From contig PDIP01000030.1 in the NCBI GenBank assembly GCA_002811645.1, positions 437,310 through 496,889 of the forward strand: 59,580 bases of DNA, given 5' to 3'. The stretch's first letter is position 1. The number at the start of each line of letters is the position of its first letter. Positions 31,428 to 43,358 of the stretch are shown one piece after another. The DNA comes from Corallochytrium limacisporum Hawaii. Taxonomy: Eukaryota; Protista; Pluriformea. The notes beneath the pieces are model-generated. The model was not told the origin of the DNA and searched no databases. It was given only the letters and a program-made list of their open reading frames with translations. The translations under genes were made by a program, and so were the position numbers.

Positions 31428-32438
31428 ATGCTTCCTGGAATGCGGTCCACGCATGCCCTTGCCAATGGCAAGCGTCCCCTAGAAAAGTACGGCAGTGCTT
31501 TCGACGTGATCACTCATAACATGTTTGAGACGTTCCGAGGCACACTGATCTGTACCCTTGTTACATTTGCGTTCTTCCCTTTGTACAAATCGGTGGGAGA
31601 CAACTTGTGGGTTCCTGATGAGGCTGAGCGCGACCGCTATGTGTACATGTTCTGGATCAAGTTGGTTCATTTTGTCATATATTTCGGCGTCAACGGTTTC
31701 TTCATGATGTGCGACTTTATGGGATGGTTGTACGAGTACAAGTTGCCTCGCAAAGAGAGCCAGAAGCCTGCACAAAAACTGGTCTTGCAGAGTCTCGTCA
31801 CAAACACAATCAACCAGATTGTGGTTGAGCCCCTCCTGTTGTACTATCTGTATCCTTACATGCATAATCGTGGCATGCCGGCGTACAATGACCCCCTGCC
31901 GGACTTCTTCATGACCTGGGGTCACTTCGCTGGTGCCCTGCAGTTCAACGACTTCTTCTTCTACACCACGCATCGTCTCATGCATGAGATCAACTTCCTG
32001 TACAAGCACGTCCACAAGATACACCACCAGTACATTGGTACCATCGGATTCGCTGCTGAGCACAATCACATCCTCGAGAATGTGTTTGCAGCGCAGTTTC
32101 CCACTCTTGGTTACTGTATCCTTTTCTGCGTGCATCCCCTGATCTTTCAAATGTGGCTGACCTGGCGCCTAGAGGAGACGTACGAGTCTCACTCCGGTTA
32201 CTGCTTCCTGAACACGACTCTAGGCGACATGGGTCTGTTGCACGGCTTCAAAGCTGCTTTCCACGACTACCACCACACCCGTAACAAAGGTAATTTCGGT
32301 GGCCCACAGTATGATGAGCTCTTTGGCACTCAGGACTGGTGGTTGACTCAGGGTGGTGTGCAGGGCCAGTGGGATCTGAAAAGGCGCCTCCACGACCAAG
32401 TCATGACGACAGAGAAATCGAAGGCTAAAGCTCAGTAG
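31428..32438 (+). CDS. Fatty acid hydroxylase/sterol desaturase family enzyme (C-4 methylsterol oxidase ERG25/FAXDC2-like)
   Basis: His boxes HRLMH, HKIHH, HDYHH; LYKHVHK.HH, AAEH.H..E, ESHSGY, GNFG and D.LFGT; transmembrane segments. Confidence 0.88.
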   Translation: MLPGMRSTHALANGKRPLEKYGSAFDVITHNMFETFRGTLICTLVTFAFFPLYKSVGDNLWVPDEAERDRYVYMFWIKLVHFVIYFGVNGFFMMCDFMGWLYEYKLPRKESQKPAQKLVLQSLVTNTINQIVVEPLLLYYLYPYMHNRGMPAYNDPLPDFFMTWGHFAGALQFNDFFFYTTHRLMHEINFLYKHVHKIHHQYIGTIGFAAEHNHILENVFAAQFPTLGYCILFCVHPLIFQMWLTWRLEETYESHSGYCFLNTTLGDMGLLHGFKAAFHDYHHTRNKGNFGGPQYDELFGTQDWWLTQGGVQGQWDLKRRLHDQVMTTEKSKAKAQ

Positions 32439-32883
32439 GCTTCTGATTGCCACAGTCAGTACACCTAGAATCGCAAAGACATTCCCTGTGATCCATAAAT
32501 TTGACCATAACGATTAGTGCAACATAGATCCACAGCAAGTGAGACGTTTCGGGAGAAATATTTCTGCCAGCTAAGTTCTTTTTTCCGTGGCCTTTGCAAT
32601 GGAGACGTTTGTGTAATCTGGAGTACATTCTTTATTCTAATTCCACCACGCCCGGCCGACTGTCCGATCTTTAGCACAACGTACACTGGGCCGGTTCGGT
32701 CATCGGCACGGACCATGTATGTAGCTTCCTCGGCCTATATTGGCGACCGGAAGGCTTTCCATTGAGAACCGGATGTTCCTCCTCCTGAGAATCGTAGAAC
32801 CCACTCTTGGAACCCACTCTCAATGAATCATACTGTGTCGGAACAAAAAGTGTTCGCGGACTTGCCTGCTAAACGCAAGACAC

Positions 32884-33423
32884 TTACTGAGCTCCAGCGG
32901 GGTAACCTTCGAATACCTTGCTCTGCTCACCAACAGGCACATCGGGACAAGTTTTGTTGTGTCCGAAAGTGATCGAATCACAGCTAGAAACGGTAGTGGT
33001 GACGACGCCCTCTTTCATAATGGGGTAGCTGACTGCAGTATAATCCCCCTGGCCCCAACGGTTTATATGGTTGAAGGGGCTTGGAACGGCGGCATAGTTC
33101 CAACCTATGGCACCGCACACGCCATTCTGCTTGACAAGGTCGAAAACCAATTGGACACTGCCTTCGTCGCCGTCGGCACCGTTGGTGGTAACAGTCAGGG
33201 CCACCTGTTCTCCGTCACATTCGGCGGTCGAATTCAGATAGATGGGCTCGGCATAAGTAATGTTGCCGTCTTGGCCGACGGGGTAGGTCCACTCGTAGAC
33301 ATCTTCCAGGAAGAAGCTCTTCTGTTCCGTGGTCGGGTTTGTTAGGGTGATGATACCCCCTTCCAAGTCTTCGCCGACGGCGTTGACAAACTTAATTACA
33401 GAAGCAACGGTCGCAGGTGCCAT
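32884..33423 (-). CDS. Orphan acidic beta-rich protein, 179 aa
   Basis: Clean ATG-TAA ORF, acaATGG start context like the neighbouring genes, globular composition, four Cys; no family securely recognised. Confidence 0.75.
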   Translation of the reverse strand: MAPATVASVIKFVNAVGEDLEGGIITLTNPTTEQKSFFLEDVYEWTYPVGQDGNITYAEPIYLNSTAECDGEQVALTVTTNGADGDEGSVQLVFDLVKQNGVCGAIGWNYAAVPSPFNHINRWGQGDYTAVSYPIMKEGVVTTTVSSCDSITFGHNKTCPDVPVGEQSKVFEGYPAGAQ

Positions 33424-34381
33424 TGTGAATTATACAGTATTGCAAAAACCTCAGAAAGATTTAGTTGAGGAAACTATAGGCGATCGCTAATCTGCCAATA
33501 CGCTGTTCATTAAGTACCTTGAACAGTTACTTTTCTGGAAGACAAAGCCAGTGCACTATGTGAGAAACATGTCCCTGAGAAATGCGTGCGGACACGAGGA
33601 CGGCAGTATACACAGGCTGCACACGTCGAAAGCGTTCTTGGTGCCCTTTCCCCCTTCCCCCCTCTTCCCCCCCCCCCCGGGGGGGAGGGGAGAGGGGCCC
33701 CACGCATAGATTGCCAAACGTTAGCTACTTCCCCGGAAGCTTCGGTCGGTTGCTATTGAAATTCTCGTAGAAGCGCTTTTCGGACAGCTCAAAATCGTGG
33801 ATCCTACTAGCCACACTTGACTCATTACGTTACACACACGTCTGTCCACCGCGGAGTGGGTCCCAGATCAAGTTCCTGGTCCCGTGATGTCTTCGACTTT
33901 GGGGTGGTAGCTATCCAGGTCCACTCCCTTAACTGCGCAGCGCGAGGGTAGTGACCCAACCCCAAAATCCTCAGCTCGTTTACTATTCCTAGTTCCCCTT
34001 GCCGCAGCAAAGGAGGTTCCCTTCACTGATGTGAATCACAAGTGGGTCTCATCGCTTCCTGCATGTGCCTCTAAAGCGTGTGCGCAGCATGTCATGTGCA
34101 ACTCCCCAACATCCGCAGCGAGTACCTGTCACACGGTCTCTCAGTTTACGATGCTCGCCTTCGAGAGTATACCTTGAGGCACGGATGGACAGCACAACAG
34201 CCGGCCTGGTTCCTTCGGGATATCGACGCGCGCTGGCCTTTTTTGGAGATCGCTTCCTGCGCAACATATGTTCACTATGAGTTTTCGCCAGAAGTGAAAA
34301 AATAGCCACTTCTCGCTCTCCCTCTCCCCTAACCCTCCGCGGGTCCCCCCACAACACACCGCCCCCCCCCCCCCCCCGGGG

Positions 34382-34488
34382 GACACCCCCCCCCCTTCCC
34401 AAAGTACTGAAGTGCCCTCTACCTGCCCACATCGCCTCATAGACACCCCCCCCCCGGGGGGGGCCCTCCGGCCGGCCTCCCCCCCCCA
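34382..34488 (+). repeat. 107-bp dispersed repeat, copy 1
   Basis: Manual alignment to 42340-42446 gives one mismatch in 107 bp, same orientation. Confidence 0.95.
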
Positions 34489-35520
34489 CCCCCCCGGGCC
34501 CCCCCCCACACCCCCCCCCCCCCCCCCCCCCTCCGGGGGGGCACCACTGAAGACAATGGTCCACTCGCGCGCGTTGGGGGAGGGGGCACCTTCCGGTCGC
34601 TGCCCCGTACACCACCGGTTCCCCTTCGCTTCCCCTCCGGTGGTTCCTGGCTACAATAACCAGTACTCAAAGTACTGGCGCTCCCGCCCAATTGCTTGCT
34701 CGCCCTTGCAATTCTTTGTTGGTTTGGACGCAGCGTGTTTTACAGGAATGTTGGTAGCTGTTTTTCTTCTTTTTCCTTCATCTTCATCATTCTCGTTTAC
34801 AATAACAAAATTTTCACGTTTTTTTTTCCTTTCTTTATTCCCCTTATACCTATTTATTCCGTTTATCACCGGGCCATTCTGTCTCGACGTTGTCTCACTG
34901 TTCCCAGGGGAGGCCTGCGACAAAAACGGTGGAGTGATGATTGTATAATATAGCAGGCGTATGCAAAATTTCCATCACTCTTCCCACCTTAAGGTGTGCG
35001 CTCTCTCCTTCCCCCATGTGTTTTTTTTTCTAATCTCGTTTCTACATAGCTCACCACCCGGCAGGGGGGGGGGCCAGGGGAAGGGGGAAAGCGCGTTCAA
35101 AGCAAACATCCAAAACCAAAACATTTTTCATTATTTGGGCCAATTCCTTTTATAACACTAAGCAAAATATCGACATCACCGCTCAGGTGCGGGGAAGCTC
35201 CAAGAATTTGGTGGTGGAGAGGAAAAGGGGGGGGGGAGATTTTTTAACGTTTGGTAGTGTATTTTTACCCTTTCTAATTCGGTCCCGGGTTGTCCGACCG
35301 TGCCGGCTCTGCCTTCACCGTGGATGCTAAACAACTTCAAATCCGTCCACTCACGGTTTTGGGAAGGTGGGGAAGTGACGTAAAAACCCCCTGGTTTCCT
35401 TGGGGGATTAGAAGTGGAAGAGTGACCGAGGATGGACGGAGAAGTACCCCAGTAATGTCCGTGTGCACAACGTAGCCGCCATATCTTTTTTAAGGTTTCC
35501 GGGTGTTGGTGAGGAAACCA

Positions 35521-35523
35521 GAG

Positions 35524-35559
<36 letters not shown>
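35521..35559. repeat. (GA)n microsatellite
   Basis: Read directly from the sequence. Confidence 0.95.
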
Positions 35560-35561
<2 letters not shown>

Positions 35562-38547
35562 GGGAATCAGAAGGGGCCGTGGGTGAATTACATACTGGGG
35601 ATCCGGAGAAATTTGAAAGTGTGGAGTATTTTTTTGGTGACGGATGAATTGGTAGGTAGGGTTGAGTTGGTTTCGGTATAGAAAAAGTACGGGGTCTGGA
35701 AGGCCCGGACAGTGCGCGCTTTCGGTGAATCCGCTTCCGGCATTCGCAGCCTCAGGAGGGCATCGACCCAGTGTGAGGTGATGCATCCTGATTCGCTTTA
35801 ATATGAAGTTATAGACATCTATTTCCCCGGCCGTAAGGATGTCACGATAGGGATTGGGCACATATGATGGCAAGATGATGATTGGACGCCAGCTCAGCTC
35901 CTGCAAGTGGCAAAGTAGTGCCATTGCTGACTTCCACGGGGTCCGGTGCTTCCGGACCACCACGGTGGTTTCCCGAACGTACGCCCGACTCTTGTCGGCG
36001 CAGTAGCCGCAAGGTTGCCACTTTCCCCAAGGCCCGCCTCTGCTGGGCCTGGTCAAGCACCATCCGTATACTATGTACGGAACACCGCCGAGTTGGACAC
36101 CTGCGGGAATCTTCATGTTCGTTGGATGGCCGAGGAAATCCTTCGAATGTGGAATGGATGCGCACTGGGACTAATTCGAGATCAGAGATTGTTCTTGTAT
36201 TTTCCTAGGGCACAAGATGGGAGGATCCATCTATGTGGGTAGAAGTCCCATCTCTGAAGTTTCTTCGGTTTGTTCAGTTCGGACGGCGGACCGGATACCA
36301 TCGTACTCCAACCGAATGACCTCTTTTTGACGTGTACCAACGCACATGGGGGGTTGGGTTTGGGGGGGTCGAGATCACCGAGAGATCTCTTTTAGCCGTG
36401 GGGAGGGTCCCCTCTCTCTCTGTCTCTCTGTCTCTCTCTTCCAGGGTCGGTCGGCGGCAACCCATGCAGTGCCTTAGGCCCAAAACCCCGCGCACGAAAG
36501 GGGTGGGTTGGTGGAACACGGTCCCCCCCCCTACCCCCCTTTTCTTTTTTTTCTATGGTGCCGCAATAATATGTTTATTCCGTATATACATATGTCGAGT
36601 ATCGGATCTCTTGGTCAGTGGAAAGGCGAGAAAACCCCTCGTTTGATCGGATTGCGCAGCGCATGCTGAGAGTGGAGCGGGGTGTGGAACCTCCGCGACA
36701 CAAAAAAAAATAGAGTTGGTGCAAAGCACACATACCTCCTCCATCCTTGAACAGATTTTGTGGTTGTGGTACAGTACCAAACTTAATCCACACAGACAGA
36801 CCGGAAAAATGCTAAAGGAAAAAGTTACGGTTACTGGTCAAAGACTCACTCCGCTGGACGACACTCGGTACTGCGGAGGATGGCGAGGGGAGGGTCCATC
36901 TTTCTGCGTACTTTCCCTTAGCTAAAACCCTCGAACTCCCCCCTTTCCGGGAGAGGGGGAGAGGGAGGGGGGCACAGAGAGGAGACGCGGGGGGCGGCAG
37001 AGGACTCTCACTCTACCTTCACCACCCCCCCCCCTTTCCCCATACACTTTATAACGAGGGGCGTATCAAAAGGCGTAGGCGCCATTCATTATTCAGACAG
37101 TTCCCCAAAGGGAAAAAAAAAGGAAGGAAACAAAGGTCCAAACCAAAGCCCCCCAACCAACCGAAAGAAAGTAAAGGCGAAGGTAACACGATAAAAAGGA
37201 AAGGACAGCGGGCCAACAAAAAAGAACTGGGGGACACTAAACGCGCGGGACAGGCACCCACGAAGACGGGGGACACAAAACACCCACCCTTCCCTTCCGC
37301 TACCAGCGCCGGAAGCAATGACAGGCGATGACAGGAGAGTTGGTGAAAGAATTGTTCGGTGAAGGCAACGGGTGCCAATGCGGACTTCAATGAAGGAAAC
37401 CTGTCACTCTTGTGGCAAAGCCTGGAGTCAAAGAAACACTAAAAAAATAGAGACAGAGAGACTTGGACCGGAAGGCGGCGGGGGTCCGGGTAACGGCCAC
37501 GTTGGTGCCGGGTGGTAAACGAACGTGAACAAATGGTGACTGGCTCAGGCTGTTGCGACCCCTCCCCGCTGGGGGAATTGCGCGCTCCCAGCAAGAAAAC
37601 GGAGAAATATCCACAATGGGACCCGATCGTGACAAAGGCAGCGAGCGCGTACCCTGGTCATGAGTTTCTCGCGTTCAAACCCTGCACTGCCATGGCAAGA
37701 TTTGTTGGTAGCAGAGTGTGGAACGAATGGTTATTACCGGAAGGCGGTGTCAATCACCTGTCATGTTTCACCTGCGTCCAAATCTTGCCCTGCCATCCCG
37801 AGATTTGTAAATAGCGGAGATACCGGGAGCATCTTTTAAGATGCAGATAGCGTGCGGCATCGTTTGCGGTGATGGACAACCACTCTGGGCTATCCCGTGT
37901 GGATGTGTAGGACATGGCGCTTTGGCATGGTCCAAGCTTGCAGTGCTCGGTACCACTGCGGGGGAACTCTCTCAGCTTTCCCAACGTCCACTTGGCCACA
38001 CGCCTCGTCACAAAAGAGGGGGAAATTTAGGTAAGGGACGGGTTGTCTTCTCCTTATTTTGTTTTCCTTTGCTTTGGTTGCGCCGCTGTGCTAGTGCATA
38101 CGAGCCGCCCAGAGAATTTGTATTTTTTTTTAAAAAAAAAGGGAAAGAAATGAATTACACAACAAAAAAAGTAAATACTTGCATTGCGGCTTAAGCTCCC
38201 TAACCCTCTTTCTTTCTTCGGGCTTCTCTTTTTTCTTCCTTTGTTTCTTTTGTATTCTTCGGGTAGAGGGCGAGCAAGGGTGTGACCAACCCTTTTCCTC
38301 AGATCTCCCCCCACCCCCCCCCGGGGAAAATGACAATGCTCATTTAAATGCTATAGCTCAAGATCGCCCAAGATGTGATCATGAGAGCGGAGCGGGTGAG
38401 ATAAGAAGCCTACCTACCCCGCGACCATCCGCCCCGGAGAAGGAAGGAAGGGGAGGGGACAGAGGAGTACGAAAACTTCTCTCTCTCGCTACCGCCCTCC
38501 CCAAAACTTTTTGGTGAGAGAGCATGTCCGGTCTGGAGACTCGGCAA

Positions 38548-38632
38548 CTCTCTCTCTCTCTCTCTCTCTCTCTCGCTCTCGCTCTCGCTCTCGCTCTCGC
38601 TCTCGCGCTCACTCTATCTCTCTCTTTCTCTC
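38548..38632. repeat. Compound (CT)n/(CGCTCT)n microsatellite
   Basis: Read directly from the sequence. Confidence 0.95.
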
Positions 38633-40357
38633 CGCGGCGTGGTGTACCCGCTCGCATACAACAAGGCACACCCCATAGCTTCCCCTTTGCTTTAATTTAG
38701 TATTCTCCCGGCTTTTTGTGCTCGTACCGGTTTTGGGGGGGGGGGGAGCACGCACGCACCGTTGGGAAGGTTTTCTTTTCCTTTCTTACGGACTTCTCTC
38801 TCTATCTCTCTATTGCTCGTCCTCTTGCTATCCACCATCAACTGCTGCTCTCCACTTGGTTCTGGATTGCTGTGGGCCACCTTTGTTGTCGTTGTCGTTT
38901 GTGGATCAGTCGCGGGGATAGTCCCACCCTCCCCCTCGTACTGCCGTGCGATGTCATGATTCCCAAACAAGTCATGTATCTACTGTATGAGGCCTGACGA
39001 GATGGATGGGGGAGGGAGGCGTGCAAGTAACGCAAGTACACCGCAATAAAAATGATTGGGATGAGAGGACAACACGGAAAATCATGCCGAGGACAAAAGG
39101 TTGGACTGGCGGTGGGAGATTTTAATCTCCTCCAAGTTTCTCCCTTGGAAGTATCTACTACACTTGAGGTACGTGTACCGCTGAAGAACAAACACAAATG
39201 AAAAAAGGGAGGAGAAATGAACGAAAGCACAAGCGACACAGCGAGAGAGAGAGAGACTGGGAGAGACGGAGAGAAACGATGAAGAAAAAATTACACTTTT
39301 GTGTTTTTGCTTTTTTTTTTCTTCAGGCCTTCCCCGCCTTTGTTTGGCCCGCACCCGTCAAACATCTGTCAAAGGAGGGCGACGGGTTGGGAGGTGGATG
39401 GAGCGTCGAAATCGGGCCCGCTTGGGTATCCTTGACGGCCCAGATCTGTTTGGGGTGTATATCTCCCTTTGGACAGCAATTATACAGAAGCTGATAAGTA
39501 GATATAAAATATACTATAGTTTTTGGCTCTTACTGTTGGTGGACAGGGGTATCTCCATCACTGTTTTCATTCCACCATCCGTCGGAGTGGTTATCTTGGG
39601 GGAGGGTCCAATGTGTAGACTGTCCCATAGCCAACATGCGACAGTGCAATTAAAGTACGCAGGGGTGGGCCCTCACCAGAATATTCGTGGTCCTATAGTA
39701 AATGTACGCGCTGTGGGACGGGGGGGTTGGCGGAGGGGCCAGGGAGGGGCCTGCCGTGTCAAGGAGTGAAAATGGGGTGTGAAGATGGAGAAAGTTGGGG
39801 GAGAGACTGGGGAAAAGTTAACGACTTGGTGGACACACGCAAGCTTGTAACTGGTCCCAATCTATGAGGATGCACAAACAGGAAGAATCACCAGTGCCTC
39901 TCAAGGTGATCGACTGCGCAGTTCCCTTTTACGCGCCGAAGGTCCGCAACAAGAGTGTTGCTGTTGTACAAACCTGCGCGACTGCATTTCGTTTCCGCGA
40001 TGTACCACCCGAGGCCATCGGACATGGTGTGACAAGCTACTACAGGCGCTACACCCACACTCTCTTAGCAGAGAATCGAGGGGCCATTAGAACCAACACA
40101 TTCGCGGTACAGACGTAGAAACGATTTCATCAGTCAGCGGACCTGAGGGCCGGAGAACAGAGATTGAGAAGGCAAAGAGACAGAGGGACTCGGAGAGTTA
40201 CCGCGACGAAGAACGGAGAGGTAAGAATGAACCACATAGACAAGCACCAACACGACAGTGTACCTCGGTAGAGGGCGAATTCATACGAGATTGAATCTTA
40301 AGTCAGACAGTGGGTTGTCACGAGCAGATGTAAGCAGGAGGCAGTTCAACTGACGAA

Positions 40358-42130
40358 ATGAGCAATTCAACAGCTGCACTTGGTGTCTGGCTCTGGGCGA
40401 TGCGCCTGGGGGCCTACATCAATGTCGATGTGCGCTACTCATTCCATCCGGTGGCAGAGCTGGCGTGTGGTGATGGAAGGAGCAGATCTTCCACGGCCTC
40501 ATCCACGTCCTTTTCCTCGCGAAGTTCGGCGAAGAGAAGAGGCAGCCGTGGAACAGAAGTCAAGATGAACATGATACAGACAGATGAGCTGGGTTTCCGT
40601 CCTGTGTTGACAACTGCGACTGACATTCCAGCGGGAACAATCCTTTTGCGAATACCCCAACATCTTTGCATTACAAAGTACTTCTCGCCATCGATGCACT
40701 CCGAAATGGCGGCAGCACTTGCAGGAGGCAACATGCCTGCCCACCTACAGACAGTCATCTTGTTGATGATGGAGTATACCGCGCGGGACGCCAGTCCACT
40801 GAAGCCGTGGCTCGATGAGATGCCCGATACCTTCCACAATCCCATGTGCTGGACCGAGAAAGAAAGAAAGGAACTCGTGGGAACGACCTGTGAAGACGAT
40901 GATGAGGTCAAGAATCTGGAAGAAACCTTCGAGTCACAGATCTATCCCCAGCTCCTGGCTGCAGGCATCGAGAAATACCTGTGCAACATCAGCGAGTTCA
41001 AGAAGTTTTCAGCATTCGTGCACCATAATGCCTTCCATTTCCCGACCTTCGACTCCACTGTGCCTTACATGATCCCCATTGCGGACATGATTCAGCGCAC
41101 CAACGAAGACCCGAACGTGTACTTGGAGCTGAGAGACACTGAAGTCGTTGTCAGTGCCGCCAAGGCCTTACGTGCCAATGAAATACTGAAGCGCAGTGAA
41201 GGACCATTTTCAACGGCACAGATGGTGCAGAGATATGGAATGATTGGTGACACTAGCCGCAACGACGTGGCAATCTTGACCAAGGATGATTTGAAGAGCT
41301 TTGTAAAGAACAACAAGTCGATCTTTGAAGGCGTTGAGAATGCTGAGAAGCGCTTGGAAGAGATCGAGAAAGCAATTCCGCCAATTTCCCTGGACAGTAT
41401 TCACATCAGCGAGCATGACTTGGTGCCGGAATCGGTTATGGTGATGGCTCAGCTCTTGGCACTGGAAGACGAGGAGTTTGAAAGGCAGAAACACGACATC
41501 AATAGTTTGGGCTCGTGCTTCTACGATGAAGATATGACCCTGCTTCGGGTGTATGGCATCATTGCTGCCATAGCTCAATCCAAGCTGACGAGCTTCCGTG
41601 GTTCCATCCGCAACGATAACCACATTATTCAGAACTTCATACAGAGCAAGCAGGCCACTAGCCACGGTCTGCACCGTGCCTTAGCTGCCGGAGTGCGGCT
41701 AAGTGAGCGCCGTGTGCTCAAGACGCTGCTGTCGGAGTTGAACAGTTCAATGGCAGATATTACTGAGGGCTTTGGATCAATCAGTGGCGAGCCTGACGAC
41801 TCTGAACTCAGTGGCCTCAACATGGCCAGCATCTCCGGCAAGATTGTCAAGAAGACTACAAAGGGTAAGGAGAAAGATTCTCACGGACGCGATGAGCACA
41901 ACAGCCAGCGCACTGGCAAGTCATTGTCCAAGGAACGGTCTTTGTCAAAAGAAGGCAGTAGCTCGGGCAGTGACCAGGAGGCGCACACGATACTCTACAG
42001 CATGAGTAGTGGTGATGCCCAAATCATTACTGGACAGAAGCGTCGTCGTACAGTGGACCAGGGATCTTCGTCTTCGTCCTCATCTCTGCGGGAAGCCAGG
42101 CATCTTTCTATCGGCAGCGATCTTGACTAG
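40358..42130 (+). CDS. SETD6/Rubisco-LSMT-type SET domain protein with degenerate catalytic motifs
   Basis: ATDIPAGTILLRIP, LMMEY...SPLKPWLDEMP...P..W...E...L.GT, YMIPIADMI, LRANEIL...QRYG, helical substrate-binding-like region, Ser-rich tail. Confidence 0.8.
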   Translation: MSNSTAALGVWLWAMRLGAYINVDVRYSFHPVAELACGDGRSRSSTASSTSFSSRSSAKRRGSRGTEVKMNMIQTDELGFRPVLTTATDIPAGTILLRIPQHLCITKYFSPSMHSEMAAALAGGNMPAHLQTVILLMMEYTARDASPLKPWLDEMPDTFHNPMCWTEKERKELVGTTCEDDDEVKNLEETFESQIYPQLLAAGIEKYLCNISEFKKFSAFVHHNAFHFPTFDSTVPYMIPIADMIQRTNEDPNVYLELRDTEVVVSAAKALRANEILKRSEGPFSTAQMVQRYGMIGDTSRNDVAILTKDDLKSFVKNNKSIFEGVENAEKRLEEIEKAIPPISLDSIHISEHDLVPESVMVMAQLLALEDEEFERQKHDINSLGSCFYDEDMTLLRVYGIIAAIAQSKLTSFRGSIRNDNHIIQNFIQSKQATSHGLHRALAAGVRLSERRVLKTLLSELNSSMADITEGFGSISGEPDDSELSGLNMASISGKIVKKTTKGKEKDSHGRDEHNSQRTGKSLSKERSLSKEGSSSGSDQEAHTILYSMSSGDAQIITGQKRRRTVDQGSSSSSSSLREARHLSIGSDLD

Positions 42131-42339
42131 TGATGGCTCTCGGATATCAATGTACACAGTCATAGGATATGCGGCTCAGATCATACACATTCTGGCCTTG
42201 TTCCAAAATTTAGAGCACATGCATTACATATCAATATTTAGAGTCTCTAAAGACAAACTTTCGTTTGCTTGCACCTGGTTGAACATACTTGTCATTCCCG
42301 CGAAAGCAGCAGTGGACCCGGACTCGAAAGAGAATCCCT

Positions 42340-42446
42340 GACACCCCCCCCCCTTCCCAAAGTACTGAAGTGCCCTCTACCTGCCCACATCGCCTCATAG
42401 ACACCCCACCCCCGGGGGGGGCCCTCCGGCCGGCCTCCCCCCCCCA
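42340..42446 (+). repeat. 107-bp dispersed repeat, copy 2
   Basis: Matches 34382-34488 with one mismatch. Confidence 0.95.
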
Positions 42447-43358
42447 AATCTCCAAGGAACCGCCAGCGGGCCCAGTCGCAATCAATTTGCTTCGTCACAG
42501 TAAATAGATTTTGATTAAAACACAGAGAGCCCAAGCAAACACCCCCCCCCCCTTTTTCTCCCGGTATTTCTAGGCCCAAAATACGTTGGGTGGCACTGGC
42601 TATGAAAACCCCCCCCCCCGGGGGTCGCGCCTCCGAAGGGGCCCAAAAAAAACAAGCCGGGGCGCGAAATGGGCGCGCTGCGAAGTTCTCTTTATGCGGG
42701 AGAGAACGGCGAAGGCTGGCTCTTTGGAGTCCCCCCCCCAACCACCTGGGAGGGGGGGGTGGGCCGGGAGAAGGCCAGACGAAAAGGTGAGGGAGAGCAA
42801 AGAGCGGGGGGAAGAGTGTGGACCCCTCTGCTGGGAGGGGAACGGGAGGCGGTGTGTTGTCAAGGGAGGCGGCGGAAGGGCCCCTGTCGGCACTTGGGTA
42901 CCGCAAGCAAAAGGCCCGCCACCCCAACGAAGTGGAAGGGTTCGGGCGGGTGGTGATGGTCGTCGTCCGTTGGGATAGCCAGCCATTGTTTGCTTCACAG
43001 GGAGGTCACCCAAGTGTTTTTTTTTTGGGCATGTTTCAAACAAAACGGAACTGCGACCAGTGGGTAGGAAACGTTGCCAGTTTTTGTTGGCTCCTTTGTT
43101 TCAGGTTTTTTCTTTGTTGGGTTTCTCCACAGGGTGGTAGCCATTCGGTTTAGTGAATCCGATAGGGTGGAAGGCGGTATTTCAAGTGGATAATGACCGC
43201 CTAAAACCTACCACGACTGTGACAGGATGTTCTAATCCCATTCATTAGAGACGTGACCCAGGGACTAAACGGGGCTCATCGTGTTTTAAAGAAGTATGTG
43301 ATTTGCTGACTGACAAACCATTGTAACCGAGATAAGCCGAAACGAAGTAGCAACCACC

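Noticed and set aside
33855-33885. GAACTTGATCTGG on the minus strand resembling part of a eukaryotic TPP riboswitch
   Set aside because: The following ATAATACCAGCG and the upstream CTGAGA elements are missing, and it is far from the TPC1 gene.
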